Source of the DNA: the human T2T-CHM13v2.0 reference genome, Homo sapiens
NCBI RefSeq assembly: GCF_009914755.1
Contig: NC_060928.1
Reading direction: 5' to 3' (one strand)
DNA: 64,000 bases
Shown: positions 28,003 through 41,289 of the stretch, piece after piece
Numbering within the stretch: position 1 is the stretch's first letter
Layout of the letters: the number at the start of each line of letters is the position of its first letter
Translations under genes and position numbers: made by a program
The notes under the pieces: generated by a model
The model's database searches: none
Told to the model about the DNA's origin: nothing
What the model saw: only the letters and a program-made list of their open reading frames with translations

Positions 28003-31000
28003 TTTTCATTTGATTTCAAAAAATATTTATTGACTATCCACTTTGAATTAGGTGGTACTAGAGACAGATAATGAGTAAGACAATATCCCCTCTCTCAGGG
28101 AGCAAATAGTTTTGGTATTTTCAAATAGAGAAAAAAGCCTTGTCTGAATCACTAGAACTTTAAAGTCTAGTGATGTTTGGAGAAGGAAATGCCAGCAGCT
28201 ACTATTAGTTATAGTGAACAAAGAGTAATTTTAAAATATTCAAAATTTAGAGGTGAAATAAATTAATTTAAACTGTATATCACATTAATAGTTAAACATG
28301 TTGGAGAAGTAACATTAATCTTTTAGAACATATTTCAGTTCTATTTGCTGGTGGATTTTTTCCTGATTCTTTTGAATTATAATTACTTTTTTTAAAAAGG
28401 AAGAAAAAATTCATAGTTCATAATTACTAAACTCTCCTAAGTTAAAAAAAATTAAAGAATCCATGTATAGTTCAGTGGGAAAAAACTCAGATGAAAGTAA
28501 CTGCAGGAAAGAATTTTTATATATATTTACTTTGTATACTTAATTTTAATTTTCCTGTGTTTTAAATTTTCAAAGTAGGTACATTCAAAGTAGGTGAAAC
28601 TTTTTTGAAGATCCTTAACAGCAAGCAATTCTAAATCTTATCATGGGTTAGGTTTTCATGTCCTGGGTTATTCTAATCCATGAACTCAACCAAGAACAAA
28701 ATACAACCATTCAGAATGGAACAAACTGTGTCTGATTAAATGATAATTTCCTAAATTAAAAGAAGTTTTGCTACATCAGATAGTACTTGATATCCACACT
28801 ACCTACTATCAGATAGAGGAACTCTCACATGTGCCATTCTGGGAGACTTGCCAATGCTGCTGTCATCACTGGTAGCTAGAAAAAGGCATGATTAAAAGAT
28901 TTGCTTGTAGTGTTGCTCATCATTAGTAATTTGTATATCTGGTGAGTAGACATAAACAGAAGCAGCTCTTTCACTGGTATTTTCATCCTCCTCCATTCTC
29001 TCTGATCCCTTCATTTCTCTGGCTCTCCTCAGAGGTGGGCTGGTCTGTTGGAGCTTCTATTTCAGTCTTTGCAGTTGTTATCATGCATTTTTGGATGTTT
29101 GATTTAACTACACATCATAAGCCCATCCACCCCTCCACGACCATCTAAGCTAAAACAAACAAAGGCTTATTTCTAGCCTATATCACAATCTTCAATTGTC
29201 TCCATCTATAATTTATAATGTAATTTAGGTGTTACAGTGTTTTTCAGTCACAAGGCAGATGGAGTAAAAAAGATGACCACAGTGAGGTCAGGTCAGCTGA
29301 TAGTGACACACATCATCCTACAGGAGAGTGTTGTGAATAATTGAAGGGGAGAGACTCACAAGAAGGAAAATGGCTTTATTAAACAATGAGAATGGAGAGA
29401 TTGTGGTGACTTTAGAATGGCAAAAGTACAGAATGACTTTTTTTTTAAAGGCATCCAAATGAAACTGAAAGAAAAGAAAAATTGAGGAAAAAAGAAGAAA
29501 AGTTAAATGAACACACTGAAGAAGGAATCCAGCTTACACACAGCTTAGAGGATGAGGAATGAGCTAATGAACCATTCATCGCTACATGTAAAATGCTGTG
29601 TGACGCACCAGGGAACTGCTGTTAGTCACAAAAGGGAAATTATGGTACATCTTTCAGGCTCTGAGGGTCCTGCTGGAGCCCATTAGCTGTGTGCCAGTCT
29701 CCCTTGCGGGAGGCAGGAGGCAAACCTATTTAGAATCTTTTTTTTTTTTTTTTTTGGTTTGAGAAATTGGCCCCTGGGACAAGGAATCCCAGTTCCTCCT
29801 AGGCACCGTGACGATGGACAAGAAGGCATTGCCTGGCAGTGCAGCACCTTGTGTACTTACTTCCAATGTTGCTTTCTGACAGGAAAGGCAATCGGGGTAC
29901 TTCTCTGAGTCCATCTAAAATCTAAGTTCATAGGACGACATCTGAATGAAGGTAAATAAGTGTAAATTTAATAACAGTAGATTTGGTAGCTCAGTTTCCT
30001 TCCTCAGCGAAATAAGGCAACCAGTATAAGGAGGAGAACTGCTTTCTATATCTTCTTTTTTTAACTTCAGAAATCTCAAGGTCCTTTTCAGAATACTATA
30101 GCCCATTGTTTGAAATCATTGTACCTCTATAATCCACATAAATTAAAGTACTAAAGTTAGAAAGAATGGGTTTAGGATTGGACAAATACAGGTTCAATGA
30201 GGCAGGTCTCTAACACTGGCAGGGGACACCATCTACTTCCAGTATCGTCCTTAGACCTAGGCAACCAGGCCTTATCCTGGTGCACTGCCCCTCCCTGCCT
30301 TAGAGGACCCTGCGCCTCCCCTTCTCTGACTTCATGTTTCCTATGGGGCTGGGAGTCTGCAAGTCCAAGGAGATATGGCCCATCCTCCCAAGGCCTGTGC
30401 CTCCCCATGTTCTGGGGATTCTGGAACCCAGAATTTTGGACCCAAACAGCAGGGCCTACTTTCAGGGCCAGTATAGGACTGTTTCTCAGGTTTGTCTTCA
30501 CAGGGTGGGCCCTGGTGCCATAATGGTGCCACTGAGAGAAGGGGTCAGCAAAGGAGGATGGAAATTAGATGGAGCAGAGCTGCGCTGCAGTGTTCACTCC
30601 TGTGTGCGAGATGCCTGTGGCACTGGACAGAGCCGGGTGTGGGAACGGGACCTCCATTTGTGCAGTGGCTCCCGCCTGCAGATGTTAGACGCACACCTGT
30701 CCATCTAATGAAGTTACTGAGATGTTTAAATAAGCTAGTGTTTGTAAAGTACTTAGCACAGAGATTGGTAGATTGTAGGCATTCTGCATACTTTTGTTCT
30801 GGGATGGCTTCTGTTTCAAATTAAATTTGACTTAGCCTCTTCTAAATTTCCATGAAAAACATGTACCCAGAGGCCCAAAATAAAATGAAATCTCTTTAGC
30901 AATACTGAAAAATAAGACTAATAGCCATCCTATTGCCAGAATCTGGGAGGAATTTACAAACACCACAAAACTTATAGAGCAAAATAAGGAATCAAATTGT

Positions 31001-31451
31001 CGTTTGGGGTCATTTTACATTGATAAAAAGTACTGCTTGTGCTATGGAAAAAGAATCTATAAACCTGCATAAGCTGAATCATATAGGTATTATAATAATA
31101 GGAGTCAAACTCCATATCAAGTAAAAAATACTGGAAATGCATAGAGCAGTGGACACAAATAAATTATTATGGAATATAATACACCTTTTTTGAGCTTTTG
31201 ACAAATCAAGTAGCTGATATATAGACATGGAAATTTTGCATGTAATTAAGTTGACTTTACAGTTAATTGTTGAACTTTGTGTAATCCAGAGAACACACTT
31301 TTTATATGCTTGTGAAATATTTTCAAAAATTGATTACATTGAGAAAAGATAATCTCATTAAGTTCTTCCCAAGTAGAAGCTGAATAGACCAGATTGTCTA
31401 ACCTCAATGCCATAAAATAAAAATGAAACACAAAACCTGAAACAAATGATT

Positions 31452-31743
31452 GCCTGGGTGTGGTGGCTCACACCTGTAATTTCAGCACTTTGGGAGGTTG
31501 AGGTGGGTGGATTACTTGAGCCTAGCAGTTCTGAGAACAGCCTGGGCAACATGGTGAAACACTGTCTCTACAATAAATGCAAAGTTAGCTGGATGTGGTG
31601 GTGTGTGCCTGTAGTCCCAGCTATGGGGAAGGCTGAAGTGGAAGGATTGTTTGAGCCCAGGAGGAGCCGAGATTGCATCACTGCACTCCAGTCTGGGCAA
31701 CTGAGTGAGACCTGCCTCAAAAAAAGAGAGAGAGAGAAAAAAA
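31452..31743 (+). mobile_element. AluJ
   Basis: Diverged sense dimer. Confidence 0.88.
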
Positions 31744-32105
31744 GGATTAATTGTAATGGCAATAAATACCAGTTATCTGTGAAATGGATACACCTTTGAT
31801 TTTCAGATGCATCTCAACTTCAGAGTTGTAAAATGTGCAAAAAAGTGTGTTTGACAATTCATGAAATACTTTAACTTCTAGGTAAAATGAAAATGAAAAA
31901 TTTACCAATTATTAGAAAAAGAAGCAAAACTGCTATCAGGATGATGGTATATGAACAAAGCTATATAATGAGGCATATTCATAATCTTAAATTGCTTTTG
32001 TTATAAACAGAAAGAAAATAAATGAACTATAATAAATACTTTATTCAAGAATAGTTTTATTTTGTGGTGGAACCACGATTCCTTTTCCTCATAGACTGTG
32101 ATTAA

Positions 32106-32432
<327 letters not shown>

Positions 32433-32895
32433 AGTTTCTTTAATCTCAGGGCTCCTACTGTCTCTCCCTGAAATTGAGTTTCTGTTGTTTAACTTTTCCT
32501 CCTCCCAATCCAGTCCTTCAAGTATATTTGTATATGGTTAGCCTCAATTATATACAAGGTTTAGTTTTTAAAATGAGATTTTTAGGCCTGATATAAATCA
32601 GACAGTGAGGTTGGATACCATCATAGAATGAATATTGTTTAACACCACATAATGACTTTTCTGAGTTTTAGTCCTGAATCTGTCAGAAACCCTAAATGAT
32701 GAAGAAAATCCATCCTAACTTAAAATCAAGATTGAGTTTAACAATAAACCACTGGGAAGAAAATCAGGAATAAGATAAGGGTTGCATCAATAACTCACTA
32801 TTTAGCATTATTTCATCTGAAGTAGAAGTGGGAAGTATATAGAAAAGGAAGAGGCCAAATTATTATTTATGATAATAATTCTTATAATTATATTA

Positions 32896-33616
<721 letters not shown>

Positions 33617-34118
33617 TCATAAAGTGGCCAGGTAATGAATCAATCCAAAATCAATAGACTTTCTATTTTGCAGCAATAACCACCAAGGAGATATACTAGG
33701 GGAAAATATTTAATCAATAATAATAATAAAAATATTTTCTAGAATGTTAGAGAAACATAAAGATGTACTCTACTTCTGGACGGAAAGACTGAATATGATG
33801 AAGTTGACAGTCATTTCCAAATTAGTTTATAGATCTAATACATTCCTAATCACAGTGCCAACATAGTTTCCTTTAGGAACTTGACCAAATTATTCCAAAG
33901 TTTTTCTAGAAGACTAAACATGTGAAAATGTCATGACTTATATTTTTTTAAAAAGAGTGACTAATGACTTTGTAATTCTCCAAAGAGGAGGGACAAAACT
34001 TAAACTGTTAGGTACTGAAATAAGAATAAACAAGTCAATAGTAAAGTAGAGAGCTCTGAAAAAGTTCTTCGTATTTATAATGATAGTTCATAATTAAAAA
34101 AATAAAAAAAGCCTTGGA

Positions 34119-34425
34119 GTCCGTGCGCGGTGGCTCACACCTGTAATTCCAGCACTTTGGGAGGCTGAGGTGGGTGAATCACCTGAGGGTCAGGAGTTCG
34201 AGACCAGCCTGACCAAGACGGTGAAACTCCATCTCTACTAAAAATACAAAAATTAGCCAGGCACGGTGGCAGGCGCCGGTAATCTCAGCTACTTGGGAGG
34301 CTGAGGCAGGAGAATCGCTTCAACTCAGGAGGTGGAGGTTGCAGTGAGCCAGGATCACGCCATTACACTCCAGCCTGGGTGACAAGAGCGAAACTCCATC
34401 TCAGAAAAAAATAAAAAATAAAAAA
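34119..34425 (+). mobile_element. AluS
   Basis: Sense dimer; TSD aaaaaagccttgg. Confidence 0.9.
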
Positions 34426-34583
34426 GCCTTGGCTACAGTTCAAGTTGGTTGAGAGACCTGGTTAAGTAATTGGAGAAAAAAATAGTTTCATTCTTTTACT
34501 ATACAGTGTAATAAATATTAGATTAAAATTATAAAAATTCCAGAGGAAAAATGTATGTGTTTAATTTTGAGATGGGGATGAAC

Positions 34584-34896
<313 letters not shown>

Positions 34897-35602
34897 AAAG
34901 GATGAACTTTTTAAGCATGAAAGCAATGTAGTAAATGCAATGGAATAAATTATAATGGAAATTTTGTTTAAAAAGCATAAGTAAAATGATGAAATAAGAA
35001 AAATATTTGCAAAAAACATACTGTCACAATGTTAGTTATAAAAAGAATATAAAGGGACATTATAAATCAGTAAGAAAACCATGACTATGAAACCAATACA
35101 ATATTTCAGTCTCAATAGTAATCAAAAAGATTCAGATTAAAGCAAAAATTATGCCTTTAAAATATATAGATATATGATAGCTATACATTATATGTATCTA
35201 AATATAAAATATCTAATAGGCATTATTAGTAAGAAATGAGGCAATATACATAGATAATACTTTTGGAAAGCAATTGCACTTTTGGTAGCAAGACACTAAA
35301 AATGTTTATATACTTTAACTCAGTAATTTCTCCTCCCAGGGGAATGATCAGAGATGGACTGGAAAGTGTATGGGAAGCAACTAGGATGCACAATTACAGA
35401 AACAGTATAACCCCCTTGAAAAATGAGTGTATTTATTTATTTATATATGTGCACATATGCATGGTAAAAGCACTGAAAAAGTGGTTATTATATAGATAAT
35501 TGGGATTTTAAGTTTTGTATTTTTCAAATTTTACATATTCAGCATGTATTGCTTTTATAATTGGAAAAACAATTGAACATTATATTTAAAAGTTAAAATT
35601 AT

Positions 35603-35892
35603 GGCTGGGCATGGTGGCTCATGCCTGTAATCCCAGCGCTTTGGAAAGCTGAGGCGGACTGATCACATGAGGTCAGGAGTTTCAGACCAGCCTGGCCAAC
35701 ATAGTAAAACCCCGTCTCAACTAAAAATGCCAAAATTAGCTGGGTGTGGTGGCATGTGCCTGTAATCCCAGCTACTCAGGACGCTGAGGCAGGAGAATCG
35801 CTTGAACCCAGGAAGCAGAGGTTGCAGTGAGCCGAGATTGCGCCACTGCACTCCAGCCTGTGCAGCAGAGCAAAACTCCGTCTTAAAAAAAA
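35603..35892 (+). mobile_element. AluS
   Basis: Sense dimer. Confidence 0.9.
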
Positions 35893-37441
35893 GTGAAAGG
35901 AATATTCTTTTCCCTTTCCTTGTAATTTAAGGGCTGTGATTAAGTGCTATGATCTCTCTTTTTCTGTTTTTTTCACCTTATCTCCCAAGACATGTTTTAC
36001 ATTTTCTCATAAAGTCCTATAACGCTTCAGTTAAGAAAAAGAAATGATAATCATATAATTATGAATTTTTGCTTTAACTGCATTGTATAATATGATTATC
36101 AAGAGTTCTCAACTCACATTTCAGTTAAATATTGTGTCTTCAGCTAAACACTTAAGTGATCCCAGAGATAATAGTCACATAAATACTTAGGTGAGATTAT
36201 TTTGGCAAATATCCAAAATTAGTTATTGCTATTAGAATATTTTTAAAGGTAATTTACACAAATTCTTTTTCCAGACTGGTAAATCTCAATAATGGCAGCT
36301 AAGGTGAAACTTACCAAAGTTCAGTTTAATCTAAAGTCAATTTCTCACTTTCTTCCTGGTGTCCATTACAGTTAATATCCACAGAATCTGGATATCATGT
36401 AGTTAAAAAGATAGCAACTATGACCTTAAAACTGATGTTTAATAAAAGATATTTTCCTCTACAAGCTCTTGGATTTCATTAAGGATAAAGGAACAATTTA
36501 GATATCAGCCACCTGCTGCATAATGACACTTCAAGGTGGGATCACATATATGATGGTGGTCCCATACATAAGATTGTGATGGAGCAGGAACCCATAGCTG
36601 AAGAAGAGGCAAGAGAAAAGAAAACTGCAGGAGAAGAAAAAGAAGAACCCACATGAAAATTCACAGCGAAGCCTTTAGCAGAAGCTTTTGCAGACTCCAA
36701 CAAACTCCTTAAAGCATTTGAAAGTATAGACCCCCAATGCCGGAAGGTTTTCATTCATAGAGAAGAATGTTTTTGGTGCATCATTATCTGTTTACAAGCA
36801 AATCTGTCATGAAAAAAGAAACAAACCAAGCAAACCACCATGGATAAATTTTCTTAGAAGAGTGACACCTCCTCAAGAAGAGCCTCAGGCAGGTCCTTCA
36901 GGTGGTGTTCCAGAAGAAGGCATTGTTATCATAGGAGATGACAGCTCCATGCGTGTTATTGCCCCTGAAGACCTTCCAGTGGAACAGCATGTGGAGGTGG
37001 AAAATAGTGATATTGATGACCTTGTTCCTGTGTAGGCCTAGGCTAATGTGTATGTTTGTGTCTTCATTTTTAACAAAAAAGTTTAAAAAGGAAAAAATCT
37101 TAATAGAAAAAAAATTATAGAATAAGGATAGAAAGAAAGAAAATATTTTATGCAACTGTACAGTATGTTTGTGTTTTAAGCTAAGTGTCACTACAAAAAA
37201 GTCAAATTTTAATAAGTTAAAAAGTTTATAAAGTTATGGTAAGCTAAGGTTAATTTATTATTAAAGAAAAAAATTTAAATAAATTTAGTGTGGCCTAAGT
37301 GTACAGTGTTTATAAAGTCTACAGTAGTGTACAGTAATGTCCTAGGCCTACGCATTCACCTAACCACTCACTGGCTCACTCACAGCAACTTCCAGTCCTG
37401 GAAGTTCCATTCATGGTAACTGCCCTATACAAGTGTACCTA

Positions 37442-37734
37442 TTTTTTTTTTTTTTTTTTTGAGGCAGGCTGGAGTGCAATGACATGAGCTCGGCTCACTG
37501 CAACCTCTGCCTCTCAGGCTCAAACCTTCCCACCTCAGCAGCCTCTCGGGTAGCTGGGATTATAGATGCCATCATGACTGGCTAATTTTTGTATTTTTTG
37601 TAGAGGTGGGGTTTCACCATGTTGCCCGTGCTGCACTGGAACTCCTGAACTTTGGTAAGTTTCATCTTAGCTCAAGAGATACACCTGCCTTGGCCTCCCA
37701 AAGCTGTGGGATTATGAGCATGAGCCACCTGGCC
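37442..37734 (-). mobile_element. AluJ carrying a ~20-nt templated insertion
   Basis: Antisense Alu; TSD aagtgtacc; non-Alu sequence at about 37649-37668. Confidence 0.88.
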
Positions 37735-37752
37735 AAGTGTACCATTTTATAC

Positions 37753-38059
37753 TTTTTTTTTTTTTTTTTTTTTTTTGAGACGGAGTCTCGCTCTATCGCC
37801 AGGCTGGAGTGCAGTGGCGCGATGTCGGCTCACTGCAAGCTCCGCCTCCTGGTTCAAGCGATTCTCCTGCCTCAGCCTCTCGAGTAGCTGGGACTACAGG
37901 TGCACGCCACCACACCCAGCTAATTTTTTTGTATTTTTAGTAGAGACGGGGTTTCACCATGTTAGCTAGGATGGTCTCAGTTTCCTGACCTTGTGATCTG
38001 CCCACCTCAGCCCCTCAAAGTGCTGGGATTACAGGTGTGAGCCACCACGACACCCAGCC
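37753..38059 (-). mobile_element. AluS/Sc
   Basis: Antisense dimer with long T tail. Confidence 0.9.
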
Positions 38060-39300
38060 TGTTTTTCTGTTTTGTTTTTCTAAAAACACTGTATACTTTT
38101 ATATTTATTTTTACTGTACCTTTTATATATTTAGTTACATTTAGATAACACACATACCATTGAGTTACAGCTGCCTACAGTCTTCAGTACAGTAACATGC
38201 TGTACGGGTGTGTAGCCTTGGAGCAGTAGCCTAGGTGTGTAGTAGGGTGTACACCCTCTAGGTTTGCGTAAGGACACTTTGATGTTTATGCAACAACAAA
38301 ACAGTCTCATGACACATCTTTCCGGACATAACCCTGTTATAAGGCAATGCATGACTATATTACACTTAATTTGTGAGAATGGAATGTGGTGAAGCATGTT
38401 CTAGGCTCAGTGCAGCCAAACTTTGTGGTTGTTGCTTCTGTTTATAGAAGCTCTAACAGTTTGAGATATAGGGTCCCTAGGTGCTTACCTAGGTATTTAT
38501 AAGTGTCTTTGAATGTGTTGCAATAATTTCAAATAACTTAATGGAATCATATATTTCCCCGGGGAGGGTTGCTTTTTTGTTTTTCTCTACTTTTGATTTT
38601 GGTTAAAACTCAAGGTAATCTTATACCAGACACTCTGACAACTTGGTTGACTTGTGATTAATAAAATACTGCAAATTACATCATTTCAATATGGTAGGCA
38701 GTTTTAAAACCTGTAGTCACTGGACGAGAGTGAAGTAGAATCTACTGCCCCTACCTCAAACCTCATGTCCCACCATACCATTTCAGGACAGTTCTTTACT
38801 TCAGGAGTTTTAGCTTCTCTAGGGTAGATTTGATTTTTATTTTTTCCATAGTCACACATTCAAGAATCTTAACAAACAATTTGTGTATAGATGGAACTTC
38901 CCTTCATATATGTCTAATATATTAAAATTGAAATCTACACAGCAGATATGTTTTTCTTGGACTTCTTTGAATAACTGTATACATGCACGCTTCTAGAATT
39001 TATTTACTCCTCTAAGAATTCTTTGTTTTGGGAATAAACCTGTGTTGGTCTGGCTTACTTTGGGAATGTTGTTAATGGACATACATGTCTCAGTTGTGCG
39101 AACGAAGGCACAAAATTTTGGAGCTGGAAGGCTCATGACTTTTCAGAATTATGCAGTGGGTTTACGGACAGTCTCCTTTTTGGTGGATGATGTGGAAATC
39201 TTCAAGAGGGATTGGTGGATATTGAAGCAGCTTGTGACAGATTTCCTCTTCCAGGTGCCTCCAAATGTTAGTTTGGTATCAGATGATTTGGTCAGCTCCT

Positions 39301-39609
39301 TTAATTTTTAATTTTTATTTTTTTGAGAAAGGGTTTTGGTCTGTTGCCCAGGCTGGAGTTCAGTGGCACAATCATGGCTCGCTGCAGCCTTGACCTGCCA
39401 AGATCAAGCGATCCTCCCTCCTCAGCCTCCTGAGTAGCTGGGACCACAGGTGTACACCCCAATGCCTGGCTAATTTTTAATTTTTTTTTTGTAGAGACAG
39501 GGTCTCACTTCTTTGGCTAGGTTGGTCTTGGACTCCTGGGCTCAAGAAATTCTCCAGCCTTGGCCTCCCAAAATGTTGGGATTACAAGTGTGAGCCACTG
39601 CACCTGGCC
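39301..39609 (-). mobile_element. AluJ
   Basis: Antisense dimer; TSD cagct(c/a)cttta. Confidence 0.88.
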
Positions 39610-40010
39610 AGCTACTTTAATATGAAATGAAAAATTGGAAGATAAAATGTTATCATTATTCTATTATTATTCAGGAGACAGATGGGACAATTTGCAAGTA
39701 GAAATGGGGATGACAATGATTAGGGACTAAGTTTTTAAGAATAATGAGAATTTATATATCTATCAAAATCAACATGTCCAGATCTTTATGTCACTTCCCC
39801 CATCAACTCCATCCTTGGTTTTCTTCTTATGACAAAATAAAGAATGAACCCTTAAAAATAACAAACAACAGAAGACAGAAGACATTTCTCATGAATTTTT
39901 GACGCATGTTTGTTGCTATTATTATGCTCTATTTCCTATAGTTGCTTGTTTAAGCGTTTAAAAAAAATTCATTGAAATTTATCATTTTTCTCTTAAACCA
40001 ACTCAAAATT

Positions 40011-40012
<2 letters not shown>

Positions 40013-40049
<37 letters not shown>
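40013..40049. repeat. (TG)n microsatellite
   Basis: About 16 GT units followed by atgtg. Confidence 0.95.
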
Positions 40050-41289
40050 AAAAATGTCCCTAGGATCAGCTCTATTTGCATTGGTATTTCCAGTGGAAAT
40101 GTCAAGTGTGACCTTTTTCTTGTTTGGGTGTCTAATCCTATTTTAAAGCCCTGTCACGCCCCTGCCAAGGGTCAGTGCCCTTGTGAATAGAACTTCAGCA
40201 CCTGCTACCCCTTTCTTCTCCTCTTCTTCCCCTCTGAGTAGAACTGGAGGATGTTCCGGATGGCAAACAAAACAATACTATGCTTCAATGACTGCAGTGC
40301 TAGAAAATAATTCCAGACTTGACAATTTGGCAGAGTAAGTTTTGAAACCATGAGAAAATAAACACAAAAAAAGCAAACCTGAAAAGAGGAAAAGAATAAA
40401 CGTGCAGGAACATTGCATTTCATTGCTGCAAATATCAAGACTAACACCCCCTTGAACTTTTAAGCTGATGAGATAGGGGCTCTGAAAAAAGACCAGCTCT
40501 AGCAAATACAGGCTGCTAAAATCAGTGTCATTGACATTTCACCTTTGGAAAAAATTATTAACATAAAAAATTGTGGGAAATATAATGGAGGAAATTCAGA
40601 TTATTATAGTAACTGGGTTTGGTTTCTCCATTTCCTAAAGTAGAATTTTGAATAATGATGCTTAGCAGAGCTGAATTAAGCAGTAAATGAATGTAGACAA
40701 TTTGAATAGCAAAGGGATTGTATGCTCATGCTTATTATCATTTAAAGATAATGTTCTATAAAAGTCAGCTCTGTTTGCCAGTGCTTCGGTTGAATTATAA
40801 TTTCCCATCACAGAAATTATTAGGGAATTAAATAATTTTGTGTTGGAACATAGCCATATTTAAATGTGTAGTTTCTCACTGAAGTTCGTTATCAACAGTT
40901 TTATCTGACAATATCTCACCACAAAATTCCTAAGGGAACAATCTTTTCTGGCCGCATTAATGTTCTCACTGTTTTTCCTAAAATCATGCTAATTCCCACT
41001 TTTTCATATGAAATAAAGCCTTAGTGATGTTTTCTCATATTGAAATCCAAGTGTATTTTCTCTTTTACTTTGTACCATGCTCCGCAATCTGGTTTGGTAC
41101 ACAGCGCTTCAATACACGTATCTCTGCTTTTCCCTCATCACCTTATATTCTGATCCTGCAATAGTTTCTTGTGTGCCACCACAAGAGTAACCATTCTAAG
41201 AGATCATATGACACTCTTCCTCAAATACCTCCAAACCCGAAATTAAATATAAATGTATAATTGATTATGATAAGGCATAATCAAACTAG

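Larger units (their letters stand above)
36506..38357 (+). mobile_element. Tigger3 (GOLEM/MER7)-type DNA transposon, internally deleted, with two Alu insertions
   Basis: Terminal motifs gcataatgac...gatggtggtcccata and gttataaggcaatgcatgacta followed by TA; stop-containing transposase C-terminal remnant EEEAREKKTAGEEKEEPT*KFTAKPLAEAFADSNKLLKAFE. Confidence 0.85.

Noticed and set aside
36560-37030. Transposase-like acidic peptide (possible domesticated TIGD gene)
   Set aside because: In-frame stops, frameshifts and no catalytic domain; an ordinary deleted Tigger3 copy.
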